A model generated the notes under the pieces. It made no database searches. It was not told the origin of the DNA and saw nothing but the letters and a program-made list of their open reading frames with translations. DNA of 64,000 bases from Octopus vulgaris. Taxonomy: Eukaryota. The stretch covers positions 74,896,001-74,960,000 of the forward strand of contig OX597831.1 of NCBI GenBank assembly GCA_951406725.2, written 5' to 3'. Position numbers and translations under genes: made by a program. Positions 39,686 through 52,927 of the stretch are shown one piece after another (positions within the stretch are counted from its first letter, which is position 1; the number at the start of each line of letters is the position of its first letter).

Positions 39686-42600
39686 CATCATCATCATCAT
39701 CATCATTTAGCGGCCGCTTTCCATGCTTGGACGGTTCAACTGGGGTCTGGGAAGCCAGAAGGCTGCACCAGGCCCAGTCTTGATCTGGCAGAGTTTCTAC
39801 AGCTGGATGCCCTTCCTAACGCCAACCACTCCGTCAGTGTAGTGGGTGCTTTTTATGTGCTACCGGCACAGGTGCCAGACGAGGCTGGCAAACAGCCACG
39901 ATCGGATGGTGCTTTTTACATGCCACCGGCACGGGGGCCAGATGAGGCTGGCAATGGTCACGAACGGATGGTGTTTTTTACGTGCCACTGGCACAGAAGC
40001 CTGTCAGGGCGGCACTTGCATCGGCCACATTCGGATGGTGCTTTTTATGTGCCACTGGCACAGAAGCCAGTCAGGGCGGAGCTGGCATCGGCCACGTTCG
40101 GATGGTGCTTTTTATGTGCCACCGGCACAGGAGCCAGTCGGGGCGGCGCTGGCATCGGCCACGTTCGGATGGTGCTTTATTATGTGCCACCGGCACAGGA
40201 GCCAGTCGGGGCGGAGCTGGCATCGGCCACGTTCGGATGGTGCTTTTTATGTTCCACCGGCACAGGAGCCAGTCGGGGCGGCGCTGGCATCAGTCACGTT
40301 CGGATGGTGCTTTTTATGTGCCACCGGAACAGAAGCCAGTCGGGGCGGCGCTGGCATCGGCCACGTTCGGATGGTGCTTTTTATGTGCCACTGGCACAGA
40401 AGCCAGTTGGTGCGGATGGTGTTTTTTATGTGCCACCGGCACAGGTATCACAACTGCTATTTCCATTGATATTTATATTTATTTCGATGTTCATGTTCAT
40501 GTACTTGACTCAACAGGTCTCCTCAAGCACAGCGAGAGGTTCCGGGATCCAGGGTACTTTGAATGGGCAGGGGGCTATGCAGAACTGGTGCAGGAAGCAG
40601 CCCGGGTCTTTGCAGTCACAGCATATCTCCAGAGATCTCGGTCCTTCGCCATTGCCTCAGTGAGGCCCAACGCTCTGAGGTCATGCTTGACTACCTCATC
40701 CCATGTCTTCCTGGGTCTACCTCTCCCCCTGATACCTTCAACTGTTTGGGAGCGGCACTTCTTCACACATCTCTCCTCATCCATTCGCAGTACATGACCA
40801 TACCATCGCAAGTGTCGCTCTTGCACACCACATCTGATGCTTCTTATGTCCAGCATTTCTCTCAGGGTGCTTACACTCTGTCGTGCGTGCACACTGACAT
40901 TACACATCCAGCGGATCATGCTAGCTTCATTTTTTTCAAGTCTACGCATGTCCTCTGCAGTCACAGCCCATGTTTCACTACCGTGAAGCATGGCAGTTCG
41001 CACACATGCATCATACAATCTACCTTTCACTCTGAGCAAGAGACCCTTTGTCGCCAGTAGGGGTAGGAGCTTTCTGAACTTTGCCCAGGCTATTCGTATT
41101 CTAGTAGTGATACTCTCTGAGCATCCACCTCCACTACTAACTTGGTCACTTAGGTAGCGGAAACTATCAACTACTTCTAGTTTCTCCCCCTGGAGTGTGA
41201 TGGAATCTGTTTTCTGAGTGTCTGTGGTGTCTATTGTCCCTGTGCATATGCCGCACATGAAAGCTATCTTATCAGTTAATTTCCCTTTGATGTTGCTGCA
41301 CCTCTTATGCGTCCATAGCTTACATTGGGTGCATCTTATGGAGTTTCTACCTACACCTTTCCTACAGATCGAGCAGGGCCACCTGCCCAAGGGTGTGTGT
41401 GCTGAGTTCGCCTTTCTGCTTACTATAACTTTGGTCTTTGCTACATTTACTCTAAGGCTCTTTGATTCTAACCCTTGCTTCCACACCTGAAATTTCTTTG
41501 CTAGTTCCGGTAGTGATTCTGCTATGAGAGCCAGGTCGTCAGCATAGAGGAGCTCCCAGGGGCATCCTGTTTTGAATTCCTCTGTTATTGCCTGGAGGAC
41601 TATGATGAATAAAAGGGGACTGAGGGCTGAGCCTTGGTGTACACCTACTTCTACCCGGAATTCTTCACTATATTCGTTGCCAATCCTAACCTTGCTGACA
41701 ACCTCACTGTATAGAGCCTGTACAGCCCTTATTAGCCATTCATCAATTTCCAGTTTCCGCATCGACCACTAGATAAGGGATCGGGGAACCCTGTCAAAGG
41801 CTTTCTCCAAGTCCACAAAAGCTATGTAGAGGGGTTTATCTTTAGCTAGGTACTTCTCCTGCAGTTGTCAGACCAGGAATATAGCATCAGTGGTGCTTCT
41901 ACCTGGCACAAAACCGAACTGCATCTCATCTAAGCAAATTCTCTCCCTAATGAGATGGGTTATGACCCTCTCTGTGACCTTCATCACCTGATCCAACAGT
42001 TTAATACCCCTGTAGTTATTTCTATTTAGAGCATCAACCTTACCCTTGTAGCAGTTGATTATGGTGCTGCTACGCCAGTCATTGGGTATGACTCCATTGT
42101 GAACTACCTGGTTTACAATGCGGGTGACTAGGCCATAGCCCACATAGCCAGCTGTTTTAAGCATCCCAGCAGTGATTCCTGATGGGCCAGGGGCTTTACC
42201 TGTTTTCATATCCTTAATTGCCTTATCTACAAGGGAGCTGTCTATTCGGATAGCTGGTCCCTCAACTGGGTCAACATTTGGCAGGCTCTCCTCCTCCCAT
42301 TCATTCTCCTCATTCAGCAGTCTTTCATAATGGCTTCTCCAAGCCTCTTTCTTTTCACCGACATTAAGAGCAAGTGCCCCATCATCCATGCGGACACATT
42401 TCTCTCCTGTAACATCACTATTTTCTCTCACACACTGTCTGGCAATCCGAAATACCTCAGCTCTTTGGTCCTCACATTGCAGGACATTGGCAAACTTCTT
42501 CTTTTCTGCTACATCTTTGGCTATGTATACCTGCCGCCCAGCCTCCCTTTTGGCTACTTGGTACAGTTCCCTGCTGCCCCCATCCCTCCAGGCTTTCCAG

Positions 42601-42972
42601 GCCTGTCTCTTTGCACTAATGGCTTTGTCTACTGCACTATTCCACCACCACGTAACTCTAGGTCTGGAAGGGACTTTGCACCATCCACAGACTTGGTCTG
42701 TGGCACTCAGCAAGCTGTCCCGTAGGAATTCCCAGCTACCTTCTATGTCCGACGTCTGAAGCTCCTCCTCCCTCTCATCAAATTTCTTGATGAGGATGTC
42801 CCTAAATCTCTGACCATGTGAAGGGTTCTTTAGCTTCCAAATCCTTCTTTTCTGGATTGGTTTGTTTCTTGGAGTCCTTCTGGCCTCAAGCTTAAATTCA
42901 CTGATGATTAGCCTATGCTGAGGGATACATTCTTCACCCGGGAGGGTCTTTTTATTTAAGAGTGACCCTGCA
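39685..42972 (-). mobile_element. RTE-clade LINE, 5'-truncated, RT domain with YADD, few stops, long 3' UTR
   Basis: ORFs 41868-42713 and 40575-41762 (KAPGPSGI, NYRGI, GVHQGSALSPLLF, LLYADD, GRGRPRKTW); 3' UTR has ~10 x 59 bp units and a (GAT)n tail. Confidence 0.96.
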
Positions 42973-43039
42973 TATACATATTAGATATATACATATATAT
43001 ATATGTGTGTGTGTATATATATATATAATATATAATATA

Positions 43040-44280
43040 ATAATGAAATTATTGTATACAGTGCTCAGGTGCACCACAACTTGTCAGACAGTGCATATAA
43101 AGCATATGCAGTAATGTACAAATGTCTGTGAAGTGAACAGTGTATGAGTCAGATACATGCTCGCATGTGTGTGGAGGGGAGAAAATCAAGTGTAGTGTTG
43201 GCGAATCTTAGGAAGCATGGAAGTTTTGAAGGATGCAGTGCTCCGACAACTAACAACCGATGCCGGCAGTTTGTTCCACGCTTCAGCAACTCTCAGCATG
43301 AAAAAATGTTTCCTGAAGTCATAGGAGCTGTGCTGTTTTCTTACTTTGTAAATATGTCCACGGGTGTTAGATGGGTGGAGTTTGAAGAGGTGCTCAGAGT
43401 TATTGTTTGTGCGATGGTTGATAATTTTATGGGTGTCTGCCAAGTCAGCTGCCAGACGTCGGAGTTTCAATGTGTCCATGCCCAGGGAAGTAAGGCGTTC
43501 AGGATATGGCAAATGCCTGATGGAGGGTATTCTTTTGGTTGCACGTCGCTGAACAGCTTCCAGACGATTGATGTCCTGGGCAAGATAGGGGTTCCAGACC
43601 GTTGATGCAAATTCCAGATGAGGTCTTACCATAGCTATATAAAGCCACAGATAGATAGCCGGAGAGCGGCTCACAAAGGATTTGGTGAGTGATGCCAAGA
43701 CACCCTCAGCCTTCTTGACAATTTTAGCGATGTGTTTTGTCCAACGCAAATCACTGTCAACAATAACACCCAGGTCACGTTCACTTGAAGACTTTTTGAG
43801 ACTAGTGTTGTGGGGGGAGTAGGTCGACGCTGGGTTTCTCCTCCCAAAATGCATGGTGGTACATTTGTCCACAGCCAGCTTGAGTTGCCAGTCCATGATC
43901 CACTGCTGCATTGTGTCCAGGTCTGCTTGCAATAGAGATCCATAGTGTACAGGATTTGACCTCTTTATTTCGAGGTACAGCTTGATGTCATCTGCATATT
44001 TCAGCACTGTGGCATTCTTTAAGTTGGCATCTATGTCATTAACATATGCAACAAATAAAAGGGGGCCAAGGACAGATCCCTGCAGCACACCAGATGTCAT
44101 CTCATAGGGTGAAGAGTGCTGTCCTAGAACTGTGACAACCTCTTTTCGGCCGAAAATAAAGGACTTTAACCAGTTATAGAGTTCGTCTCTTACACCCAAC
44201 GCAGAAAGCTTCACCATAAGTCTTTTGTGTGGCACAGAGTTAAAAGCCTTAGCAAAGTCCAGGTAAACAACATCCACTCA

Positions 44281-44283
<3 letters not shown>
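43040..44283 (-). mobile_element. CR1-clade LINE, 5'-truncated, uninterrupted 363 aa RT C-terminal ORF
   Basis: YLDFAKAF, GVLQGSVLGPLLF, YADD, RDLGV, LEAVQRRATK in 43186-44277. Confidence 0.95.
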
Positions 44284-44336
<53 letters not shown>

Positions 44337-44428
44337 GCATATATATATATATAAATCCTTAAATCCTTAAAAATGTTTTAGCCCGAAGGCTGTGGCCATG
44401 CTGGGGCACCACCGCTGATATATGTATG

Positions 44429-44459
<31 letters not shown>

Positions 44460-44753
44460 ACATATACATATATATATATGTACATATACATACATTGGCG
44501 ATAGGAAGGGCATTCAGCCGTAGAAACATTGGCAGATCAAACTGGGCCTGGTGCAGCCTTCTCGTTTAGTTGTGCCTGACGACAGGATTACACACACACA
44601 CACACACACATACACACACACACTCATACACACACATACACATACACACACACACACATACACACACACACAAATACACGCACTCACATATACACATGCA
44701 TGTAAACACTTTCAGTTTATCTGTGTCTCTTGCTCTTTTTCTGATTTCGCGCG

Positions 44754-44820
<67 letters not shown>

Positions 44821-44826
44821 CTATAT

Positions 44827-44993
44827 CATCATCATCATCATTTAGCGTCCGCTTTCCATGCTAGCAAAGTTTGGACGGTTCAACTGGGGTCTGGGAAGCC
44901 AGAAGGCTGCAGCCTTCTGGCTTCTCAGACCCCAGTTGAACCGTCCAATGCATGCTAGCATGGAAAGCGGACGCTAAACGATGATGATGATGA
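44827..44993. repeat. Near-perfect palindrome of two RTE tails centred on CTGCAG (44907-44912)
   Basis: ttggacggttcaactggggtctgggaagccagaaggctg|cagccttctggcttctcagaccccagttgaaccgtccaa. Confidence 0.9.
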
Positions 44994-45042
<49 letters not shown>

Positions 45043-45565
45043 TATGTATGTATGTGTTTGTATGTCTGTGTTTGTTCCCCACCATTGCTTGACAACCGAC
45101 GTTGGTGTGTTTAGGTCTCCAAGACTTAGCTGTCTGGCAAAAGAGACCGATGGCTTACTAGGCTTACAAAGAATAATTTCTGGAGCTGATTTGTTCAACT
45201 AAAGGTGGTGCTCCAGCATGGATGCAATCAAATGACTGAAACAAATAAAAGGATAAAAGAATAAGAGGGGGGCATGATTTAAGAGAATTTTGGCAATCAA
45301 CTGACTGATTAGAAATTCCCCCCCCTCCTTGTCTTCATTAAACATCAATTGGTAATTAAACTATTTTCATTCGTTTAGTTGTGTCTGACGACAGGATTAC
45401 ACAGACACACACACATACACACACACACACACACACACATATACACGCACTCACATATACACATGCATGTAAACACTTTCAGTTTCTCTGTGTGTCGCTC
45501 TTTTTCTGATTGTGCATGTGTGTGTGTGTATGTGTGTGTGTGTATGTGTGTGTGCGTGTATGTAT

Positions 45566-46338
45566 ATCATCATCATCATCATTTAGTGTCCGCTTTCCAT
45601 GCTAGCAAGGTTTGGACGGTTCAACTGGGGTCTGGGAAGCCAGAAAGCTGCACCAGGCCCAGTCTGATCTGGACCGTTCTGTGTTTCTACGGCTGGATGC
45701 CCTTCCTAACGCCAACCACTCCGTGAGTGTAGTGGGTGCTTTTTATGTGCCACCGACACAGGTGCCAGACGAGGCTGGCAAATGGCCACGATTGGATGGT
45801 GCTTTTTATGTGCCACCGGCACGGAGGCCCATCGGGGTGGCGCTGGCAATGGCCACATTCGGATGGTTCTCTTACGTGCCACCAGCACTGGTATCACAGC
45901 TACAATTTCCATGGATGTTGATTGATTCTGATTTTCACTTGCCTCAACAGGTCTTCACAAATAAAGTTTTGTGTCCCAAGAAGGAAATGTATGCATAAGT
46001 GGATTGGCTACCTCCCAGGTAGAGGCCACGGGTTATGGTCTCACTTGTCTTGCTGGGTCTTCTCACGCACAGCATACTTCCATAGGTCTCGGTCTATAGT
46101 CATTTCCTCGGTGAGACCTAAAGTTTGAAGGTCGTGCTTCACCACCTCGTCCCAGGTTTTCCTGGTTCTACCTCTTCCGCAGGTTCCCTCAACCGCCAGG
46201 TTGTGGCACTTTTTCACACAACTATCTTCATCCATTCTCACCAAATGACTATACCAGCACAAACGTCTCTGTTGCACACCACAACTGATGCTTCTTAGGT
46301 TCAATTTTTCTCTCAAGGTACTTACCCTCTGTCGAGTA
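45566..46338 (-). mobile_element. RTE LINE 3' end (C-terminal ORF plus 3' UTR)
   Basis: GRGRTRKTWDEVVKHDL...DRDLWK in 46041-46338 followed by the tail. Confidence 0.9.
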
Positions 46339-46866
46339 AGAGAGAGATTGATAGATAGATTGATTGATTGATAGACAGATAGATATATGGATGGATACAT
46401 AGGCAAATACACACACCTATGTATATACATATGTAGATATATATATATATAAGCATAGATGTGTGTGTATATTTATAAAGGCATAAACAGACACACACAT
46501 ATGCTCATACCCTATACTGCACACCAATTTGAGACAGTTGTAGCTTTCAAACAATATTCTCATTTGACACTAACAAAGACAAGATTAGCACATTTTATTA
46601 CAGACAAGTTTTTTTTTTGGTGGAGGGGTTGTCAGGGAAGGTGGTGGGGTGAGTTTGGGGAAGGTTTTTTTTTGAGGTTTTAAGTTTCAGTGTCATATTT
46701 CTGTGTTGTGTACAATATTTGTGTTCATTTGTGTGAAGGTATCTGGTGTGTGTGTACATGCATGTGTTTGTGTATGGTGTATGTGAGTGTGTGTGAGTGT
46801 GTGTGTGTGTGCATGCTTGTGTGTGTGTGTGTGGGGTCCATGTGTATGTAAACACGTTTGTATGTA

Positions 46867-46898
<32 letters not shown>

Positions 46899-47040
46899 CA
46901 CACACATATATATGTGTGTGTGTGAGTATACATATGTGTATATATATATTTATATATATATATCTATCTATATATATATATATATACATATATATATACA
47001 TACATATATATTTACATACATATATATATACATATAAATA

Positions 47041-47622
47041 TAAATATAGATTAGTGGTACAACAAGGCACCAATATTTACTGGAAATAGCAGTCGATACA
47101 ATTACGATGCTATAGTAAAGCTTCACTGCATATATACTGGCAAAGACGTGTGAATGTAGCAAACGTGAAAATTTTGTTTTACCTCTAGGAAGAACATTAG
47201 ATAAATGGACAACCCAGAATTGGATAATCCAGTACCTAGGTTTCTGACTTGTCAAATACGTTTGCCAACTTAAAATTGATCAGTCCTCATCAGCTGCATT
47301 TACCTGGACAATATTTCAAATGTTGCTACATCAATGCCAGTATACTCACCTGAAAGCTTAGCCATTAACAGACTGAGAACAGTGAAAAAGTTTTCAATGA
47401 CAAACGTATTTGAAGAGTCAGAAACCTAGGTACTGGATTATCCGATTCTGGGTTGTCCATTTATCTAATGTTCTTCCTAGAGGTAAGACAAATTGTTCAT
47501 GTTTGCTACATTCACACGTCTTTGCCAGTATATACGCAGTGAAGCTTTACTATAGCATCGTAAATGTATTGACTGCTATTTCCATTAAATATTGGTGCCT
47601 TGTACCACTAATCTATATTTAT
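47041..47622. mobile_element. Fold-back pLTR-like element (arms ~47041-47267 / 47398-47622) in (TA)n
   Basis: ORFs 46968-47255(-) and 47410-47667(+) give near-identical translations, showing ~225 bp inverted arms. Confidence 0.9.
47230..47296 (-). ncRNA. Type-I hammerhead ribozyme motif
   Basis: Minus strand CAG-CTGATGA-G-GACT...AGTC-A-GAAA-CCTAGG-TA-CTG; palindromic stem III, GUA site. Confidence 0.75.
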
Positions 47623-47776
47623 ATTTATACTTCTACCTTAATGGTGCTTTATTTTACTGGAAAGTAATACATTTGTATTGCAATATTTTATTTTTATATA
47701 CATATATATACATTCCACCCTTGTCTTGTTGAGTACTCATTCCATTGTTCTACGTTTACGTACATATATATATGTA

Positions 47777-48230
47777 AGTTTAGAGGGAATACTTTATAAG
47801 TGTCAGCACCTGTATATGCCAAATAGCGGCAGAGGTGAGAGAATATATCAAACATAAATTGGAAACAGGATATTGCAGTACACGTGTTTCAAGCTTTATA
47901 AACAATCTGTTATTACATCAGCATAGGTATATTATATGCTGAATAGTGGTACAGTATGGGCAGATTTCTGAAATCCAATGAACCTCTATACAAATATACC
48001 TTTTCAAAGAGATAAACCTATTATAATGGGTACTACTACGTGTACTTTTTATTTTGTGATGTAATCTTTGGATTAACAATGTTTGTGGCTGAAGAGAGCT
48101 TTAAACCATCTTTTTTATCAATAATATACCTATGCTTTATAAACAGATTGCTTATAAAGCTTGAAACAAGTGTACCACGATATCCTTTGTTTTCTGTTTT
48201 CAATTTATGTTTGATATATATTTTTTTTTA
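47777..48230. mobile_element. Fold-back pLTR-like element (arms ~47842-47936 / 48121-48220)
   Basis: gtacacgtgtttcaagctttataaacaatctgtt versus aacagattgcttataaagcttgaaacaagtgtac. Confidence 0.8.
48085..48178 (+). ncRNA. Type-I hammerhead ribozyme motif with long stem II
   Basis: GTGG-CTGAAGA-GAGCTTTA...TAAAGCTT-GAAA-CAAGTG-TA-CCAC; the inverted arm keeps the palindromic form CACGTG. Confidence 0.78.
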
Positions 48231-48239
48231 TATATTTAT

Positions 48240-48925
48240 CTAGTTTCAGCTCACAAACTGTGGCCATGCTGGGGCACCGCCATTTGGTGTTGCTACATGA
48301 TTTTACTTCACGAATGCTTTTTAGCAATTGCCATTTGGTGCATGAGAGAATTCAATGCAGCTGCCCTCATCTGCACCTCCTGCCGCGAAGTTGGTTCATC
48401 TGGGATACCTGACAAGAAGAGATCCAGTTTCATTTTAAAGACATCTGCATCCACTCCATGCAGGTCTCTTAGGTTCTTCGGGAGGATATTGAAGAGCTGT
48501 GGGCCTCGGAAGTCCAGGCTATCACAGTATCTTGTCCTACATCTTGATGGCAAATTTGGAGTCCTTGGCACTATGCAGTGGCGCCCAGTTCTGGCATTTG
48601 TGTAACTCTCGATGCCAAAGTTTGGGACAAGTCCTTCCAGGATCTTCCAGATGTATATTATGGCATATCTTTCTCACCTACGCTCCAAGGAATAGAGTCT
48701 CAATCTCTTGAGTCTTTCCAAATAGCTTATATGCTGCGCAGAGGCTATCTTCTTTGTGTAGCTTCGTTGGATCGCCTCAAGTTCCGTGATCAACTTGACA
48801 CTGGATGGTGACCATAGCTGAGAGCAATAGTCAAAGTGGCTTAGGACAAGTGTCCTCCAGAGGACCATCATGGTTTCCTCGTCTCTTGTTCTGAAGGTTC
48901 TAAGAATCCATCTGGTCAGCCGCCT
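48240..48925 (-). mobile_element. CR1-like LINE 3' fragment
   Basis: LVLSHFDYCSQLWSP...LEAIQRSYTK...YLERLKRLRLYSLERR and GPQLFNILP...FKMKLDLFLSGIPDEP. Confidence 0.9.
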
Positions 48926-48963
48926 ATATATATATATATATGTTTATATATATACATTCATAA

Positions 48964-49001
<38 letters not shown>

Positions 49002-49671
49002 GTGTGTTAAGTACAAGTGCACAAGGAATTATTGATCAAAATATAGGTGTGTGCAATATTTAACACATTCATGTGTACTTGAACATGGAAAGACCTTTCA
49101 CTGCAGAACTAACCTTATTGACATCTGTCATAACATATCATTGGGTTATGAATGACATCATCAGAATGTTTGACACATGTGTTTCAACATCATTATGCTT
49201 CAGTAGCTACAGACACCAAATCGGTCATTAACAGCCCTTTCAGAATGGATGTTCTTATATATACAAACAGCAAAGAGTGCATTTCCTGAAGTGCACAAAG
49301 TTTTGTCAAGCTGAAATTAATAAAACAGAGGTGTACTGATTCATAGAGCTTTAGTTAATAGATCCCAGCTTGACAAAGCTTTGCGCACAACAGCAAATGT
49401 AATATTTTCTGTTTAAATACAAGGTTAGCAGTTATTAGAGGGTTGTGTATGACAGATTTTGCATCTGTAGATGATGAGGATGATGAAGAAACACAAATGT
49501 CTGAGGGTCCAATGGCATCATTTATAGCCTAATGATGTGCTATTACACATAGTGTATATGAGAATTTTTTTCTAGTTATGTTTCTGCAATATAATGTCCT
49601 CTAACATGTGAGTGTACATGGACATATCAAATATGATTGTACACACCTACACAGATATATATATATATATA

Positions 49672-50240
49672 TCATCATCATCATCATCATCGTTTAACGT
49701 CCGTTTTCCGCACTAGCATGGGTTGGACGGTTCGACCGGGGATCTGGGAAGCCAGAAAGCTGCACCAGGCTCCGGTTTTATCTGGCAATGTTTCTACAGC
49801 TGGATGCCCTTCCTAACGCCAACCACTCCGTGAGTGTAGTGGGTGCTTTTTATGTGCCACCCGCACAGGTGCCAGGCGAGGCTGGCAACGGCCACAGTCG
49901 GATTGGTGCTTTTTACGTGCCACTGGCACGGAAGCCAGTCGAGGCAGCACTGGCTTCGGCCACGATTCGGATGGTGCTTTTTACGTGCCACCGGCACGGA
50001 AGCCAGTCGAGGCGGCGCTGGCATCGGCCATGATTCGGATAGTGCTTTTTACCTACCACCAGTCCAAGGGTCCTGGCATCTGCCGGGTGCCAGTCATAGG
50101 ATTGGTTCAATTTCAATTTCGATTCCGATTCCGATTTCACTTGCCCCAACAGGTCTTCGCAAGCATGGGTGCCTGTCGTCGGATGAGGTTTGATATCGAC
50201 TTTGCTTGCCTCAACAGGTCTTTGTGTGTCCAAGGGAGGG
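49672..50240 (-). mobile_element. RTE 3' tail fragment (others: 26075-26243, 35072-35232, 38485-38735, 58010-58375, 58815-59005)
   Basis: Match to 39685-40570. Confidence 0.8.
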
Positions 50241-50309
50241 AGGGGGATATATATGCAGATGTATTTTATAGTGATTATTATCTGATTTGTATTTGTCACT
50301 GGTACAATG

Positions 50310-51127
50310 GTTATCATTGTTTTCATCGATATCATTATCATCGTCATCATCATTATTATCGTCATCCTCCTCCTTCTCCTCATCATTACCATTGTCATCA
50401 TCGTCATCATCGTCATCATCGTCATCATCATCATCATCAACATCATCATTATCATCATCATCATCATTATCATCAACTTCATCATCACCATCAGCTTCCT
50501 CCTCATCATTATCATCATCATCATCATCATCATCGTCATCATCATCGTCATCATCATCATTATCATCATCATTGCCATCGTCATCATCGTCATCATCGTT
50601 ATCATCATCATCATCATCATCACCATCCTCATCATTATCTTCCTCATCATCATCATCATCATCATCATCATCACCATCATCACCATCATCGTCATTAACA
50701 TCATTGTTATCATCACCAATATCCTCCTCCTCCTCCTCCTCATCATCATCATCATCATCACCATCATCATCACCATGTATGTAAATATATAAAACACATC
50801 ATTTTTCAGCATTGCCACACATTATTCCTGACTTCTCATCTGAGTTCTGAATTCCATTATTATATAATGGATCTTCTATCATTATTATTACCATCATCAT
50901 CATCATCATTATCATCATCATCATCATTATTATTATTATTATCATTGTCATTATTATTATTATTATCATCATTATTATTATTATTATCATCATCATCATC
51001 ATCATTATTATTGTTGTTGTTGTTGTTATTATTATTATTATTATTATTGTTGTCATTATTATTATTATTATTATTATCATTATGGTTATCATCATCATCA
51101 TCATCATTATTATTGTTATTATTATTA

Positions 51128-51170
<43 letters not shown>

Positions 51171-51194
51171 CATTATTATTATTATTATTATTAA

Positions 51195-51236
<42 letters not shown>

Positions 51237-51310
51237 CATCATCATTGTTATTATTATTGTTGTTGTTGTTATTGTCATCATCATCGTCATCATCGTTGTT
51301 ATCATCAGAA
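50310..51310. repeat. (CAT)n and (TAT)n arrays
   Basis: Direct inspection. Confidence 0.95.
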
Positions 51311-51785
51311 TGTCTACATCTACATCATCAAAATTATCTTCATCTCAGTATTGTTTTCAACTCCATCCATTATCAGCTTCAATAACATCACCCTCGCCCT
51401 ACCCCAACCTCCTCCCCCTCCTGCTCACCATCATCATCATCATCATCATATCCATTATCTTCAAGAAGACTAAGTTCTCAATAATAACACTACCAACAAC
51501 AATAACAAATAAATACTACCACCACCATCATCATCATCATCATCATCACTCTCATCACCATGGTCATTTGTTTAATGTCTGCATTGTCCAGAGGTAGAGA
51601 AGAGGTCAGACAGGGTCATCACTCAGTTAACATTATATGGTACAGCAGGGTACACGGGGGTGGGGTCGGGGGGCTGGAGTGCGAGAGATGGGGGTCGGAG
51701 TTGACCAATGATGGACAGATGCAGCCTTGTTACTGCTGCAGGCAACAGTATGTGGAGTAGTGGGGAGAGGAGGAGGAGTGACGGG

Positions 51786-51826
<41 letters not shown>

Positions 51827-51945
51827 ATCGGTGGGGGGAAGGGGTTGTGGTGAGAGGTGGGTCAGTGTAGTCAAACACTGATGGACAGTTGTAAGCCTTG
51901 TTAATGCTGACCATTGGAACACAACCTTCACTCTCTTACATTGGT

Positions 51946-52090
51946 CAAAGATATATATATATACATACAAAGATATATATACATACAAAGATATATATAT
52001 ATATATATATACATACAAAGATATATATATATACATACAAAGATATATATACATACAAAGATATATATATATATATATATATACATACAA

Positions 52091-52125
<35 letters not shown>

Positions 52126-52224
52126 CAAAGATATATATACATACAAAGATATATATATATATATATATACATACAAAGATATATATATATATATATACAT
52201 ACAAAGATATATATATACATACAA

Positions 52225-52265
<41 letters not shown>

Positions 52266-52345
52266 CATATATATATATATACATACAAAGATATATATAT
52301 ATATATATACATACAAAGATATATATATATATATATATACATACA
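51946..52345. repeat. Minisatellite ACATACAAAG(AT)n
   Basis: About 13 units with variable (AT)n length. Confidence 0.92.
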
Positions 52346-52395
52346 CACATTTGTGTGTTTATATATGTGTGTGTACATGAGTGTGTGTACACTTG

Positions 52396-52435
<40 letters not shown>

Positions 52436-52516
52436 TATAGACGCAATATATGCACATATATTTACATACATATACACATATGTGAATGATATGTACACAC
52501 ACACACATATACATAT

Positions 52517-52927
52517 ACTCTTTTACTCTTTTACTTGTTTCAGTCTTTGACTGCGGCCATGCTGGAGCACCGCCTTTAGTCGAGCAAATCGACCCCAGGA
52601 CTTATTCTTTGTAAGCCCAGTACTTATTCTATCGGTCTCTTTTGCTGAACCGCTAAGTGACGGGGACATAAACACACCAGCATCGGTTGTCAAGCAATGC
52701 TATGGGGACAAACACAGACACACAAACATATACACACACATACATATATATATATATATACATATATACGACAGGCTTCTTTCAGTTTCCATCTACCAAA
52801 TCCACTCACAAGGCATTGGTCGGCCCGGGGCTATAGCAGAAGACACTTGCCCAAGATGCCACGCAGTGGGACTGAACCTGGAACCATGTGGTTGGTTAGC
52901 AAGCTACTTACCACACAGCCACTCCTG
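52517..52927 (-). mobile_element. SINE family A
   Basis: Full-length reverse-complement match. Confidence 0.9.

Noticed and set aside
39845-40445. CRISPR-like 59 bp repeats and overlapping 200-350 aa ORFs
   Set aside because: Contiguous tandem units without unique spacers, part of the RTE 3' UTR.
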